Origin: an uncultured Chloroflexota bacterium
Lineage (GTDB): Bacteria; Chloroflexota; Limnocylindria; Limnocylindrales; Limnocylindraceae
Assembly: GCA_903864185.1 (NCBI GenBank)
Contig: CAIPEX010000009.1
Coordinates: 44,281 to 108,280, forward strand
DNA length: 64,000 nucleotides
Direction: 5' to 3'
The translations under genes and the position numbers were made by a program. Shown piece after piece: positions 19,265 to 29,562 of this stretch (position 1 is its first letter; each line of letters starts with the position of its first letter). The notes under the pieces were generated by a model that saw only the letters and a program-made list of their open reading frames with translations, made no database searches and was not told the origin of the DNA.

Positions 19265-19842
19265 GCGACATCCGTATTGTTGCGGGCGAGTTTCGTGGCC
19301 GCCGCATCGCTGTTCCCGAAACAGGAACACGCCCGCTCGCAGACAGGATGCGCCAGTCACTCTTCGCCGTCCTCGAGCCACGTCTCCTAGGCGCGCGTGT
19401 CATCGACCTCTGCGCCGGCAGTGGCGCTGCTGGCATCGAGGCGCTCAGCCGCGGTGCTGCGCACGCCACGCTTGTGGAGCGCGCGCCGCGTGCCGCAGCC
19501 GTCATTCGGTCAAACATCGCGCAACTCGGCCTTGATGAGCGGGCGGCCGTCGTGAGCGCAGATGCACTGCGTACCCTTGAAACGCTCGGCGCACGAGGAG
19601 AGCTCTTCGACCTCATCATCCTCGACCCCCCATACGATGATGCTGTGCTTCGTGCCGCACTTCTTGAGCGCTTAGCTGGCCCCGACTCTGTCGTCGCGCC
19701 TCGGGGCCTCGTGGTTGCAACCGGTCGGCGCGGAGGGGGCGCCGATGGGCAAGAGGGAGCGGGAGCGCTACGATTGGTACGCGAGTTGGTATTCGGGGAG
19801 TCAGTCATAGAGTTGCGTGAGCGACGCGTGGAGGAATCATGA
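19261..19842 (+). CDS. rsmD: 16S rRNA (guanine966-N2)-methyltransferase RsmD
   Basis: SAM motif VIDLCAGSGAAGIEALSRGA and DPPY (ILDPPYDD). Confidence 0.85.
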   Translation: MSDIRIVAGEFRGRRIAVPETGTRPLADRMRQSLFAVLEPRLLGARVIDLCAGSGAAGIEALSRGAAHATLVERAPRAAAVIRSNIAQLGLDERAAVVSADALRTLETLGARGELFDLIILDPPYDDAVLRAALLERLAGPDSVVAPRGLVVATGRRGGGADGQEGAGALRLVRELVFGESVIELRERRVEES

Positions 19843-20357
19843 GCGAGCGAGTCGGACTCTATCCAGGAAGCTTTGACCCAGTCACGTACGGCCACATCGA
19901 CTTGATTCGCCGTAGCCTCTCGCTTGTCGACCGTCTCGTTGTCGCTATCCTCCCCAACGCAGGAAAAGAGGCGCTCCTCACCGCAGATGAGCGCGAATCG
20001 CTCTTGCGCACGGTGATCACGGCCGAGCTCGGAACTGATGCCCGACGTGTAGAGATTCGCTCTGCATCGAACCTGGCAGTTGCAGTGGCGCAAGATGCTG
20101 GCGCGCAACTGCTCATTCGTGGCCTGCGCGCCGGTAGCGACTTTGAAGCCGAGTTGCGTATGGCGCATGCCAACCGACTCCTCGCGCCAGATATTGAGAC
20201 GGCGTTCTTGATGACCGCGCCAGAGCATGCCTCAACCTCGAGTCGCCTCGTGCGTGAGGTGGCGCGCTACGGCGGCCCGCTCGAGCGCCTTGTTCCACCG
20301 GCAGTGGTGCCAATCCTTACCGCAGCGGCTGCACGTACACGCGCGACAAAGGAGTAG
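19839..20357 (+). CDS. coaD: phosphopantetheine adenylyltransferase
   Basis: LYPGSFDPVTYGHIDLI (HxGH nucleotidyltransferase motif). 172 aa. Confidence 0.92.
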   Translation: MSERVGLYPGSFDPVTYGHIDLIRRSLSLVDRLVVAILPNAGKEALLTADERESLLRTVITAELGTDARRVEIRSASNLAVAVAQDAGAQLLIRGLRAGSDFEAELRMAHANRLLAPDIETAFLMTAPEHASTSSRLVREVARYGGPLERLVPPAVVPILTAAAARTRATKE

Positions 20358-20364
20358 CGCTCGC

Positions 20365-20886
20365 GTGAGCGTGCGCGCACTCTTCGCCGTCGACCTCTCG
20401 CCAATCCTTGCTGGGCGCGATGCCGCCCCATTCCCGATCCCACCCTTTGAGGTGCTGGATACGGTGGAAGGTGAGCCCCTGACAGCAACGGTCACGGTCC
20501 ACGCCGATCGAACCAACCGCGGCGTGCGTTTCCGTGGCACGGTGCGTGGCACACAAGAGAGTGCGTGCGCCCGCTGCCTGAAGGCCGTGCGCGTGCCGCT
20601 GGCGGCCGAAATTGATGAGGAGGCAGTTGAGGCACGCCACCAGACCGGGGAAGAGCTCGCCATCGGCAAGGGGAACATGGTCGACCTCGGGCGGCTCGCC
20701 ATCGAGGCGCTCGACCTTGTGCGCGAACTTGCTCCGATCTGCTCACCACCCTGCCCTGAGCGCTGCGGCCTTTGCGGGGGTGAGCACACAGCGGCATCCT
20801 GCCCAACACGAGAGGTTGACCCGCGGCTGGCCAGCCTGGCAGCCCTCCTCACCGAGGATCGCGACGACGAACCGCAGATCGGGTAG
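20365..20886 (+). CDS. yceD: YceD/DUF177 family protein (large-subunit rRNA accumulation protein)
   Basis: Cys-rich C-terminus (CARCLKAV...CSPPCPERCGLCG) and its conserved position directly upstream of rpmF-plsX. GTG start chosen after the coaD stop. Confidence 0.72.
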   Translation: MSVRALFAVDLSPILAGRDAAPFPIPPFEVLDTVEGEPLTATVTVHADRTNRGVRFRGTVRGTQESACARCLKAVRVPLAAEIDEEAVEARHQTGEELAIGKGNMVDLGRLAIEALDLVRELAPICSPPCPERCGLCGGEHTAASCPTREVDPRLASLAALLTEDRDDEPQIG

Positions 20887-20937
20887 GATCGGCATCTAGG
20901 CAGCGCCCCTCTGGGCGCCGAAAGCGAGGTCACACGC

Positions 20938-21144
20938 ATGGGCGTACCAAAGCGAAAAGCATCGAAATCCCGTCAGGGCGATCGTCGCGCGCATCATGCG
21001 CTGACAACTCCGGCGATGGATCGTTGCGCGCAGTGCGGAGCAACAAAGCGGAATCATCATGCATGTGAGGTGTGCGGCACCTATCGCGGTCGTGAGGTTA
21101 TTCGGCGCCCTGCCGCCCCGGACGCGAATCCTACCGACGCCTAA
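20938..21144 (+). CDS. rpmF: 50S ribosomal protein L32 (Zn-ribbon form)
   Basis: [23 protein letters not shown]...CAQCG...[12 protein letters not shown]. Confidence 0.9.
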   Translation: MGVPKRKASKSRQGDRRAHHALTTPAMDRCAQCGATKRNHHACEVCGTYRGREVIRRPAAPDANPTDA

Positions 21145-21150
21145 CCAGCC

Positions 21151-22209
21151 ATGAGTGAGCCAGGCGGGAGTGTCCGCCTCGCCCTCGACGCTATGGGCGG
21201 CGATCACGGCGCTGCTGAAGTTGTGCCCGGTGGTCTTCAGTGGGCACGCGAGAATCCCCGCGACACCCTCCTCCTTGTTGGCGACGACACGGTGATTCGG
21301 GCACACGCCGGCGGCCCGCTCCCAGCGAACGTCACGATCGTTGCGGGTCCCGACGTTATCGGCATGGACGAGCACCCAGCTACTGCGGTGCGCGAGCGCG
21401 CAACAGCGTCCATTGTCGTTGCGACGCACCTTGTTCGATCAAACGATGCCGATGCCGTTGTCACCGCAGGGCACACAGGCGCCGGCATGGCTGCAGGTGT
21501 GCTCATTCTTGGGCGCCTGAAAGGTGTCAACCGTCCTGCACTTGCGGTCCAGTTTCTTCTTCGCGAGAAGCCACTCCTCCTTCTCGACATCGGGGCCAAT
21601 CCCGACGCCACTCCTGAGAATCTCTTTCAGTATGCGCATATGGGTTCGATCTTTTCTGAACGCGTCCTCGGCGTCGAGAATCCACGCGTCGCACTCCTCT
21701 CCATTGGAGAGGAGAAGGGGAAGGGTGATCTGCGTATTCAGCAGGCCACCGAACTTCTCGACACTGCAAAATTGAACTTCATCGGCAATGTCGAAGGCCG
21801 CCATCTTGCCGACGACGAGGCCGATGTTGTTGTCTGTGATGCGGTGCTCGGAAACGTCTCAATCAAGCTCGTGGAAGGTGTGACGACGGCAATTACCGAT
21901 ATGTTCCGATCAGAATTCCGTCGCCTCCCGTTCGGCCCGATCGCCGCGCTGCTCATGCGTGGCTCAATCGCCCGCATCCGTGCGCGCCTCGACTATGAGC
22001 GCATCGGTGCAGCGATCCTGCTCGGGGTTCGGGGTACCGTCGCGATCACGCACGGACGTGCACGGAAGCGCATGATCTATTACGCCTGCGTAACGGCGGC
22101 CAATGCCGTGCGTGAGCGGGTGAACGACCGCATCGCCGCGGCAGTCGCTGAAACGGCAATCAGCGCCCCGGCGTCATCCGCCACAGCCAGCACAGAAGCA
22201 TCCTCCTAG
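21151..22209 (+). CDS. plsX: phosphate acyltransferase PlsX
   Basis: ALDAMGGDHG...VVTAGHTGAGMAAG signature. The rpmF-plsX pair is conserved. Confidence 0.9.
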   Translation: MSEPGGSVRLALDAMGGDHGAAEVVPGGLQWARENPRDTLLLVGDDTVIRAHAGGPLPANVTIVAGPDVIGMDEHPATAVRERATASIVVATHLVRSNDADAVVTAGHTGAGMAAGVLILGRLKGVNRPALAVQFLLREKPLLLLDIGANPDATPENLFQYAHMGSIFSERVLGVENPRVALLSIGEEKGKGDLRIQQATELLDTAKLNFIGNVEGRHLADDEADVVVCDAVLGNVSIKLVEGVTTAITDMFRSEFRRLPFGPIAALLMRGSIARIRARLDYERIGAAILLGVRGTVAITHGRARKRMIYYACVTAANAVRERVNDRIAAAVAETAISAPASSATASTEASS

Positions 22210-22211
22210 CA

Positions 22212-22691
22212 ATGGCAGGGCGCAGGTCGACCGCTGCGCCGCGCAGCCCTGAGGCGCGCTTGCGCAGCGTCGCCCGCCGCGATGCGCTTACAGCGCTCTA
22301 TGAGGCTGAGTTCGGCCTTCGCGGAGGTCGCGAGATCCTTGAGCGGAGGATCGCGGCAGGGGAGATCCCAGAAGAGGTAGCGCAACTCGCCCGCCCCCTC
22401 GTGGCGATCGTTGAGGAGCACCGCCCGTCGCTCGATGCTGAAATCGAGCGCCTAGCCCCCGCGTTCCCCCTCGCCACGATGCACCGCATTGAGCGCAGCC
22501 TCCTGCGGGGAGCCCTAGGGGAGGTGCTACACTCTCGCGCGGCGGCGTCTTCTGAGGCGATCGCTGCGTGGACGGCTCTCGCCCGCACGTATAGCGGGGA
22601 GCCGGCGCGAAAATTAGTCAATGGCGTGCTCGGCACCGCTTATCGTGAGCGGACCGATCAAGCAAAGACGGAGGGAGCCAACAATGACTGA
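22212..22691 (+). CDS. nusB: transcription antitermination factor NusB-like
   Basis: [13 protein letters not shown]..., ...[28 protein letters not shown]... and ...[14 protein letters not shown] align to the NusB helical core (the FVNGVL motif). Confidence 0.72.
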   Translation: MAGRRSTAAPRSPEARLRSVARRDALTALYEAEFGLRGGREILERRIAAGEIPEEVAQLARPLVAIVEEHRPSLDAEIERLAPAFPLATMHRIERSLLRGALGEVLHSRAAASSEAIAAWTALARTYSGEPARKLVNGVLGTAYRERTDQAKTEGANND

Positions 22692-22929
22692 CAAGGCCCA
22701 GATTTTCGCGGAACTCCAGAGCTATATCGTTGAGCAGCTTGGCGTTGAGAAGGAGAAGGTCACACCTGAGGCCGCCTTCATCGAGGACCTCAACGCAGAC
22801 TCACTCGACCTTGTTGAATTTGCAATGGGGCTCGAAGAGAAGTTTGACGTCAAGATTGCGGACGAAGACCTCGCCAAGATCAAGACAGTCCAGGACGCTG
22901 TCGACGCCATCATCGAGAAGCAGGGCTGA
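22684..22929 (+). CDS. acpP: acyl carrier protein
   Basis: 81 aa. [24 protein letters not shown] carries the phosphopantetheine-attachment serine. Shine-Dalgarno sequence GGAGGGA. The ATG overlaps the nusB stop (ATGACTGA). Confidence 0.9.
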   Translation: MTDKAQIFAELQSYIVEQLGVEKEKVTPEAAFIEDLNADSLDLVEFAMGLEEKFDVKIADEDLAKIKTVQDAVDAIIEKQG

Positions 22930-22986
22930 GATGCGGCGGTCCGTTGGCCGCCGCTTCAGGGCATAGCCCAGACGGCGCCGGCGGGC

Positions 22987-23724
22987 ATGCGCATAGGCAG
23001 CATGGTGAGCGGCGTAGAGACTGGTCGAGAATCTGTTTCGGCGTTCGCCGCGCGCCTTGCAATCCCCCTTGGCGCAGAGGCGGAACTTACGCAGGCACTC
23101 ACGCACGCCTCTGCACGTCACCAGGATGGTGCGGCTGAGGACAACGAGCGACTCGAATTCCTCGGCGATGCGGTGCTCGGTGCGGTTGTCGCCGCGCATC
23201 TTTTTCTCCGTGATGCAGAGGCAAATGAGGGCGACCTTTCGGAGCGACGCGCTGCGATTGTGAGCCGCCAAGCACTCGCAGATATTGCGCTTGAGCTTGG
23301 CATCGATCGCGCACTCCACCTCGGTGAGAGTGAGGCGCAACGGGGTGGAGGGCGACGTCCAGCGGCACTTGCTGCTGCCCTAGAGGCCGTCATCGGTGCG
23401 ATCTTCTTGAGGCACGGGTATCTGGCCGCCGCACACTTTATCGAGCAGCACCTTGCCGCCGCTCTCGCGGCGCCACGTGCCGTACTCGGAAAGGGGATTA
23501 AGACGCTCCTCCAGGAGTGGACGCAGGCGCGCAACGGCTCCCTCCCGCGCTACGACATTGTCGCCACGCATGGTCTCGAGCATGAGCGAATCTTTGAATG
23601 CGCAGTTCGTGTTGATGGGAGCGAGATTGCACGTGGCTCAGGCTCAAGTCGCCGCGCCGCTGAGGCTGCTGCCGCTGAGGCGGCGATCGACATCCTCGGC
23701 ATTACACCAGGGGCGGCGCTATGA
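22987..23724 (+). CDS. rnc: ribonuclease III
   Basis: RNase III signature ERLEFLGDAVLGAVVA plus a C-terminal dsRBD. Confidence 0.88.
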   Translation: MRIGSMVSGVETGRESVSAFAARLAIPLGAEAELTQALTHASARHQDGAAEDNERLEFLGDAVLGAVVAAHLFLRDAEANEGDLSERRAAIVSRQALADIALELGIDRALHLGESEAQRGGGRRPAALAAALEAVIGAIFLRHGYLAAAHFIEQHLAAALAAPRAVLGKGIKTLLQEWTQARNGSLPRYDIVATHGLEHERIFECAVRVDGSEIARGSGSSRRAAEAAAAEAAIDILGITPGAAL

Positions 23725-26700
23725 GCCGGCTACGACTGCGCGAGGTACGCCTGAGTGGATTTAAGACATTTGCGGATAAGACGACGATTGCGTTCACCCC
23801 TGGCATTACCGCGATCGTCGGCCCAAACGGGAGTGGAAAATCGAACATCGTCGACGCACTCCGCTGGGGATTCGGCGAGGCCGGCAGGGGGATTCGGTCG
23901 AAGCGCGTCGATGAGGTCATCTTCGCAGGGTCAGAAAAGCGCCGCCCACTCGGGCTTGCCGAAGTCACACTCTCAATCGCAAATGATGATGGGCTCTTCG
24001 ACCTTCCCTTTACCGAAATTGAGATCTCCCGCCGTGCCGATCGCGGCGGCGGACAAGAGTATCTGCTGAACCGAGAGAAGATCCGCCTCCGCGATCTGAA
24101 TGAGCTGCTCGATGGGGCAGGGCTTGCTGAGAACGGACTCCTCTTTATCGGGCAGGGTGCTGTTGATCAGGCGCTCAGCTTGCGTGCAGAAGAGCGACGC
24201 GCACTCGTCGAAGAGTTTGCAGGGACTGCGCGACACGAGCGTCGGCGTGCACGGGCAGAGGCAGAGATGAAAGAGGCACTCGAAAATCGCGCCCGCGTCG
24301 AGGAGATCCTCTCAACGTTGCGACCGCAGGAGCGCCGCCTCGCAACCCTCGCCCGCCAAGAGGCCGGCCGCGAGGAGTTGTTGAACGAGGCGGTAGAGCG
24401 CATCGCCGCACTTGGGAGTCAGCGGGCAGGGTGGCTAGCACAACGACGACGCACGATTGGCGAACAACTCTCGACGATGAGCACCGAGTTGAGCGAAGTT
24501 CGCACGCGCCTCCGCGCATCTGACGCAGAGGCACAGGCACGGCGCGTGCGGCTCGCGACCGCTCGCACGGAACTTGAGGCCGCTCGTCGCGACCTCGAGC
24601 TCGCTCGAGAGGCACGCGAATCTGCCGCTCGGGCGCATGCCCGCATTGAGAGCGAGGCAACAGCGGTCGCCCGCGATGCGGAACGCCTTGAGCAGGAGAT
24701 CGTTGCTGCAGAGCGTGATATTCAATCTGTTGAGGCGCTACGAGCGGCTCCCGCACCTGCAGTCGATGCAGAAGCTGCAGCTGCGCTTGAGCTGATCGAT
24801 GCCGATCTAGCGACAGCGCGTCGAGAGGCGGCCATTCTCGCTGGCGCAGCCGCTGGCGACGGTGACGCGGGTCGCTCAATCCTCCGCGCCGTCCGCTCTC
24901 GTGAATCTGAACGTGCTGATGCAGAGGCGCGCCTTGCGCGAGCAGAGGCCGAGATCGCAGCCATTGGTCGTGACCGCGTGACGGATGAGCCAGCTGGGGT
25001 GCGCGTTGCGAGCGAGGCGGCAACTCGTGCATGGCAAGAGGCGAAGGTGCGCCTCGATCGTGCGATGACCGCTCTCACCGCCGCCGAGACGGAAGAGGTA
25101 TCGGCCCGTGCGCTTGCCGCAGAGCGCGAGAGTGCTGCCCGTGCTGTAGAGGCAGAGCTATCAAGTGACCGTGGCCGCCTCTCCGCACTTGAGTCGCGCA
25201 GAGCGACGCTACAAGACCGTGCGCTCGCTAAAGCGGCGCAGGCACTTGGTGGGCGGAGCCTCTTGTCCGGCGTCGAGATCCGCGAAGAGGGTCGTACTGC
25301 CGTCCTTGCCGCACTCGGCGTACTTGCTCGCGGCTTCCTTGTTGATCGCCGTGGAGCAACCCTCCTCGATGACGATGAGGGGGCCATTCTCGTCGACGGC
25401 ATCGCTGAACAGCAAATTCCTGGACACCCAACACTGCCTCGCCTCACTGCAGAACTTGTGGGTGACCCTGACGGGGTGCTCGCACGACTCCTTCAAGGTG
25501 TGAGCGTGGCGCCAAGCGTGAGCGCAGCGCTCGATGCGCTGGGTGACCTGCCACTCGGCGGGATGATCGTCACGCGCGCTGGAGCCGTGATTCGGCATGG
25601 CGGCGCAGTGACGCGTGAGGTTGCTTCGGCAGACGCCCTCGTGGAGCAGGAGCTCAAGGTCGCTGGAACGTCTGTGGAACAAAAAGAGAGAAAGGCGCAT
25701 GCATTGCGTGCCGACGCCGTCACGGCAGCGGCACGACAGGCCTCCTCATCAGCCAACGTTGCAGAGGTGCGCAGCGAAGATTCGGCCGCTCGCGCCGCAC
25801 TCCGGGTTGCGGAGGCATCGCGTGCCGCAGCCGCACGCACGCTCGATGCCACGCTCCGACGTGCCCAAGAGCGCGAGACACGCGAGGAGCGACTTGCGCA
25901 ATCGATCGCACAGTTGCGTGATCGACTCGCTGAGCTCATCGCACAAACAGGAGCCGACGCCGCGACCGATGCATCTGCTGAGTGGCATGCGCGCATCACG
26001 GAATTGACTGCCCGTCGTGCTGCAATTGCGAGCGCTGTTGATACTGACCGCCAGGCACTTCGCGCCTGGGAACTTGAACGCGCTCGCGGCGATGCGCTTG
26101 TCTCGTCGGCATCAGAGCGCGTGAAGCGCGCGGCTGAAGAGCGTGGAGCCCTTGAAGGGCGCCGTGCCGCACTAGAGGCCGAACTCGTCGGTCACGCCGG
26201 CCAAATGTCTGCCGCCATCTCACGCTGCACCGAGCATGAGTCGCGTGTGCAGGAGCGAACCGTCGCGCAGAGTGCAATCGAAACGGAGGCTGCCGAGGAT
26301 GACGAGCGGAAGCGCGATCTCCGCCAACGTGAGGCACATCTCGATGAGACAGTCCGACCCCTAGAGCGTGACGCACAAGGGATGGAGTTCGAGTGGGAGC
26401 GATTCATTGAAGAGTTGGCTGGCGATCTCGCCGCCTTCTCCCGCCGCCTGACAGAGGACCCGCGGATCGCGCCAGGCATCCCTGCAGCACTCGCCACACC
26501 TGCCGTTTCGCCAGATGGTGGAGAAGACGGTGCGGCCGCGGCTGATGACACGAGCAGCCGCGAAGCACTTGCTCGTTCCCAGGCACTCGCCTTGGCTGCG
26601 CATTGGGGTACAAGTGCTGCAACCGTCACTGCGCCTGATGCCGAAGAGCTACGCGCCCTCGAGCGGCTGCGTCGCAAGATCGGGCCGCTTGAGGCAGGCG

Positions 26701-27332
26701 GTGCGAGCATCGCGCTTGAGCACCAAGAGTTGCGCGCGCGGCTCTCCTCACTTGAAACGCAGACTGCCGATCTCGACGGGGCGATCGCAAAGGCGAGCAC
26801 CCTCATGTCTGAGCTCGACGTGCTGGTTGAGACAACATTTGCTGAACAGTTCACCGCACTGCAGGGGACGTTCGCTAGCAACTTCCAGCTCCTCTTTGGC
26901 GGCGGCGATGCACAGCTCAGGCTTGCTGAGGACGGCGATACGCGACGCCCTGGTGTCGAAATCGATGCGCGGCCACCACTGAAGCGTCGGCAGCAGCTCT
27001 CCCTTCTTTCGGGCGGTGAGCGTGCCCTCACGGGAGTTGCGCTGCTCCTCGGCATGCTCGCAGTGCGACCACTCCCATTTGTCGTCCTCGACGAGGTGGA
27101 TGCGGCGCTCGACGAGGCAAACGTTACGCGCTTCGGCGATGCGATTCGCGAGCTGAGCGAGCGCACTCAGGTCATCGTCATCACGCACAACCGTGGAACG
27201 GTAGAGGTGGCCGATAGTCTCTGGGGCGTTACCGTTGGCGAGGATGCAGCAAGCCGCGTCTTCGGCCTCCGGCTTGATGAGGCGAAGAAGATCGCTGATG
27301 CCGCCCGTGCGGAGCGAGAGGCCGCGCGTTGA
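23721..27332 (+). CDS. smc: chromosome partition protein SMC
   Basis: 1203 aa. N-terminal Walker A GPNGSGKSN, long coiled coils, hinge, and C-terminal LSGGE...Walker B (VLDEVDAALD). Confidence 0.93.
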   Translation: MSRLRLREVRLSGFKTFADKTTIAFTPGITAIVGPNGSGKSNIVDALRWGFGEAGRGIRSKRVDEVIFAGSEKRRPLGLAEVTLSIANDDGLFDLPFTEIEISRRADRGGGQEYLLNREKIRLRDLNELLDGAGLAENGLLFIGQGAVDQALSLRAEERRALVEEFAGTARHERRRARAEAEMKEALENRARVEEILSTLRPQERRLATLARQEAGREELLNEAVERIAALGSQRAGWLAQRRRTIGEQLSTMSTELSEVRTRLRASDAEAQARRVRLATARTELEAARRDLELAREARESAARAHARIESEATAVARDAERLEQEIVAAERDIQSVEALRAAPAPAVDAEAAAALELIDADLATARREAAILAGAAAGDGDAGRSILRAVRSRESERADAEARLARAEAEIAAIGRDRVTDEPAGVRVASEAATRAWQEAKVRLDRAMTALTAAETEEVSARALAAERESAARAVEAELSSDRGRLSALESRRATLQDRALAKAAQALGGRSLLSGVEIREEGRTAVLAALGVLARGFLVDRRGATLLDDDEGAILVDGIAEQQIPGHPTLPRLTAELVGDPDGVLARLLQGVSVAPSVSAALDALGDLPLGGMIVTRAGAVIRHGGAVTREVASADALVEQELKVAGTSVEQKERKAHALRADAVTAAARQASSSANVAEVRSEDSAARAALRVAEASRAAAARTLDATLRRAQERETREERLAQSIAQLRDRLAELIAQTGADAATDASAEWHARITELTARRAAIASAVDTDRQALRAWELERARGDALVSSASERVKRAAEERGALEGRRAALEAELVGHAGQMSAAISRCTEHESRVQERTVAQSAIETEAAEDDERKRDLRQREAHLDETVRPLERDAQGMEFEWERFIEELAGDLAAFSRRLTEDPRIAPGIPAALATPAVSPDGGEDGAAAADDTSSREALARSQALALAAHWGTSAATVTAPDAEELRALERLRRKIGPLEAGGASIALEHQELRARLSSLETQTADLDGAIAKASTLMSELDVLVETTFAEQFTALQGTFASNFQLLFGGGDAQLRLAEDGDTRRPGVEIDARPPLKRRQQLSLLSGGERALTGVALLLGMLAVRPLPFVVLDEVDAALDEANVTRFGDAIRELSERTQVIVITHNRGTVEVADSLWGVTVGEDAASRVFGLRLDEAKKIADAARAEREAAR

Positions 27333-28255
27333 AGCTCGCCTTCTGGCGGCGTGCCACAACAGGCGAGCAAGAGAAGATCGCGAGGAGCGCGGCAGCAGCA
27401 CACGACGCTCCTTCTGGGCGTTCCGCGCTCCGAGAGATCTTTCGGCGCGGTGGTGACACACCAGATTGGGCAGCGCTTGAAGAGCATCTCCTCTCCGCGG
27501 ACGCCGGGAGTACGACGGCACGTGCCCTCATTGCGGCCACGCGCGAGCAGGGGGGGGACGCCACGGCACTTCGTCGCGCCGCTGCTGATCTCCTGCGGCT
27601 CAGCCCTATCGAGGAGGCTGCCGCGCTGAGCGAGCCAGGTGTCATCCTGCTCGTCGGTGTCAACGGTGCCGGGAAGACCACCAGTGCCGCCAAGCTTGCC
27701 GCGCGCGCCCGTGCGGCTGGCGGATCACCACTCCTTGTCGCTGCGGATACGTTCCGTGCTGCCGCCATTGAACAGCTGCGCCAACTCGCCGAGCGCGAGG
27801 GGGTTCCGATCATCGAGGGTCGCGCTGGCGGCGATCCAGCAGCGGCAATCCACGATGGCCTGACCGCTGCTGCAGCACGCACACTCACACCGATCATTGT
27901 TGATACGGCGGGTCGCATGCAGACACGGGCCTCGCTCATGGATGAACTTGCCAAGATGCGGCGTGTCATTGCGCGTCTCGCCCCCGAGCTCACCGTAGAG
28001 GTGCTCCTTGTCCTCGACGCAACTGCCGGACAGAACGGCCTCGCCCAGGCACGTGGATTCGATGCAGCCGCGGGTATCAGCGGCGTGATCCTTACCAAGA
28101 TGGACGCAGGCGCTCGCGGTGGCATTGCGCTCGCAATTCGGCGTGAACTTGGGCTTCCGATCCGGTGGATTGGTGTCGGTGAGGGATCGGCCGATCTGCT
28201 GCCGTTTGATGCAGATGCATTCGTTGACGGGCTCCTCCCGCCAGAGGAGCGCTAG
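27329..28255 (+). CDS. ftsY: signal recognition particle receptor FtsY
   Basis: NG domain LLVGVNGAGKTTSAAKLA, DTAGR and GVILTKMD motifs. Confidence 0.92.
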   Translation: MKLAFWRRATTGEQEKIARSAAAAHDAPSGRSALREIFRRGGDTPDWAALEEHLLSADAGSTTARALIAATREQGGDATALRRAAADLLRLSPIEEAAALSEPGVILLVGVNGAGKTTSAAKLAARARAAGGSPLLVAADTFRAAAIEQLRQLAEREGVPIIEGRAGGDPAAAIHDGLTAAAARTLTPIIVDTAGRMQTRASLMDELAKMRRVIARLAPELTVEVLLVLDATAGQNGLAQARGFDAAAGISGVILTKMDAGARGGIALAIRRELGLPIRWIGVGEGSADLLPFDADAFVDGLLPPEER

Positions 28256-29562
28256 GCCTCGCGGCGCGCCTTCGCTTGGCGTGCTACCGGAAGTTCCTTG
28301 AGCGATCGCAACCTTCCGATGCGACTGCGCGCAACAATCAAGCCGACGAGCATCGAGGCACCACCGCCGAGAAGGAGCGACGCACCACTCCCGAATACTG
28401 ACGAGCCGATCGCGCCGCCCACAAGAATGCCGCTGAGACGACCCGCGATGTTCACCCCTTCGAATGCGGCATTCGCCCGCCCCTGGTAGTTCGCCGGGAG
28501 GACACGTCCACGGATCGCTCCCTGGTTCGCATCCCAGACCGTCTCAAATCCATCGCTGAGAAGTTGGTGCAGCACAAGGAGTAGGAGCGCAGCCCCTGGG
28601 ATGAGGAGCGCGAGCGGTACGAGGGTGAGGCCGAATCCAACGAAGAAGAGTCCCAGGACAACCGCCCGCCCTGTCCCAACGGCGAGCGAGAGTCGTTCCG
28701 TCAGTGCCCCGCCGACGAGCGCGGCGATTCCACCAGTGGCGATGATCCACCCGATCGTTCCAGCGGAGAGGTCGAGGCCCCGCACAAGGAAGAGCATGTA
28801 CGACGAACGGAAGAGACCAAAGTAGATGCCAACGACAAAGCTCGAGGCGAGGAGTGGTCGCATGATTGCAACGCTCCAGGTCTGCGTGAGGCCCTCGCGA
28901 AACTCAGCTCGCGCGGTGCGCCGAGTGGAAGGTGCAGGGAGGCGTGGCTCCTGCACCCGTAAGAGTGTGATGAAGAGTGCGGAGACGAGATAGGTGATCG
29001 CATCGATGCCGATCGCCGCTGGGCCGCCAATCCGCTCGATAAGGATCCCCGCTGCGCCGAAGCCGAAGAACTCGGCCGCCCCCCTGATTGCGAGGACCCG
29101 CGCAAGGACCGGCCGCAGCCCGTCGCCCGGGACGAGTCCAGCGAGATAGCTGCGTTCTGCGATGTCGAATGCTGTTGTCGCCATGCCAGACAAGGCGCTG
29201 ACGGCAATGAGATGCACAAGGGTCACGCCACCAGTGAAGGCTGCAGCGAGGGGGATCGAAGCGAGCAGCACTGCCCGTGCAAGGTCAGCAGCGATTAAGA
29301 ATGGACGGCGCGGTAGGCGGTCGATCCAAATCCCAGCCACCTGACTGATCAGCGCAGAGGCGACCAGGTCGACGGCAGCGAGAAGCGCCGCCTCTGCGGG
29401 GCTGATTCGCAGCCCAATGATGGCGAGAAGGGGGAGGGCGGCACGCGTGATGAACGAGCCGAAGGTCGAGACAGATTGCGCACCGATAAGGAGATTGACA
29501 TCGCGTCGGACTGCGCGAGTAGGCGCCCCGCCCTTTGGAGCGCGTGCGTTCGGCAAACTCAT
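28252..29562 (-). CDS. MFS transporter
   Basis: 436 aa. 12-TM hydrophobic profile with the MFS loop motif (GIWIDRLPRRPFLIAADL). The track ORF (738 aa) reads through into the antisense of ffh. The real start is taken at ATG 29562. Confidence 0.72.
   Translation of the reverse strand: MSLPNARAPKGGAPTRAVRRDVNLLIGAQSVSTFGSFITRAALPLLAIIGLRISPAEAALLAAVDLVASALISQVAGIWIDRLPRRPFLIAADLARAVLLASIPLAAAFTGGVTLVHLIAVSALSGMATTAFDIAERSYLAGLVPGDGLRPVLARVLAIRGAAEFFGFGAAGILIERIGGPAAIGIDAITYLVSALFITLLRVQEPRLPAPSTRRTARAEFREGLTQTWSVAIMRPLLASSFVVGIYFGLFRSSYMLFLVRGLDLSAGTIGWIIATGGIAALVGGALTERLSLAVGTGRAVVLGLFFVGFGLTLVPLALLIPGAALLLLVLHQLLSDGFETVWDANQGAIRGRVLPANYQGRANAAFEGVNIAGRLSGILVGGAIGSSVFGSGASLLLGGGASMLVGLIVARSRIGRLRSLKELPVARQAKARREA

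Noticed and set aside
18930-20228. 432-aa ORF on the minus strand (with similar ones at 24175..25032, 26192..27166, 53012..54202, 16047..16940 and 10459..11190).
   Set aside because: It is antisense to strongly conserved genes (recG/rsmD/coaD, smc, rnj, yloV, priA). Its composition is Arg/Ala/Ser/Pro-rich, typical of spurious frames in about 70% GC DNA. It has no homology signal.
20887-20937. 6-bp hairpin (GCGCCC ctct GGGCGC) between yceD and rpmF.
   Set aside because: It is short, and such a hairpin is common before r-protein genes. It could be a minor processing or attenuation site, but the evidence is too weak to call a feature.
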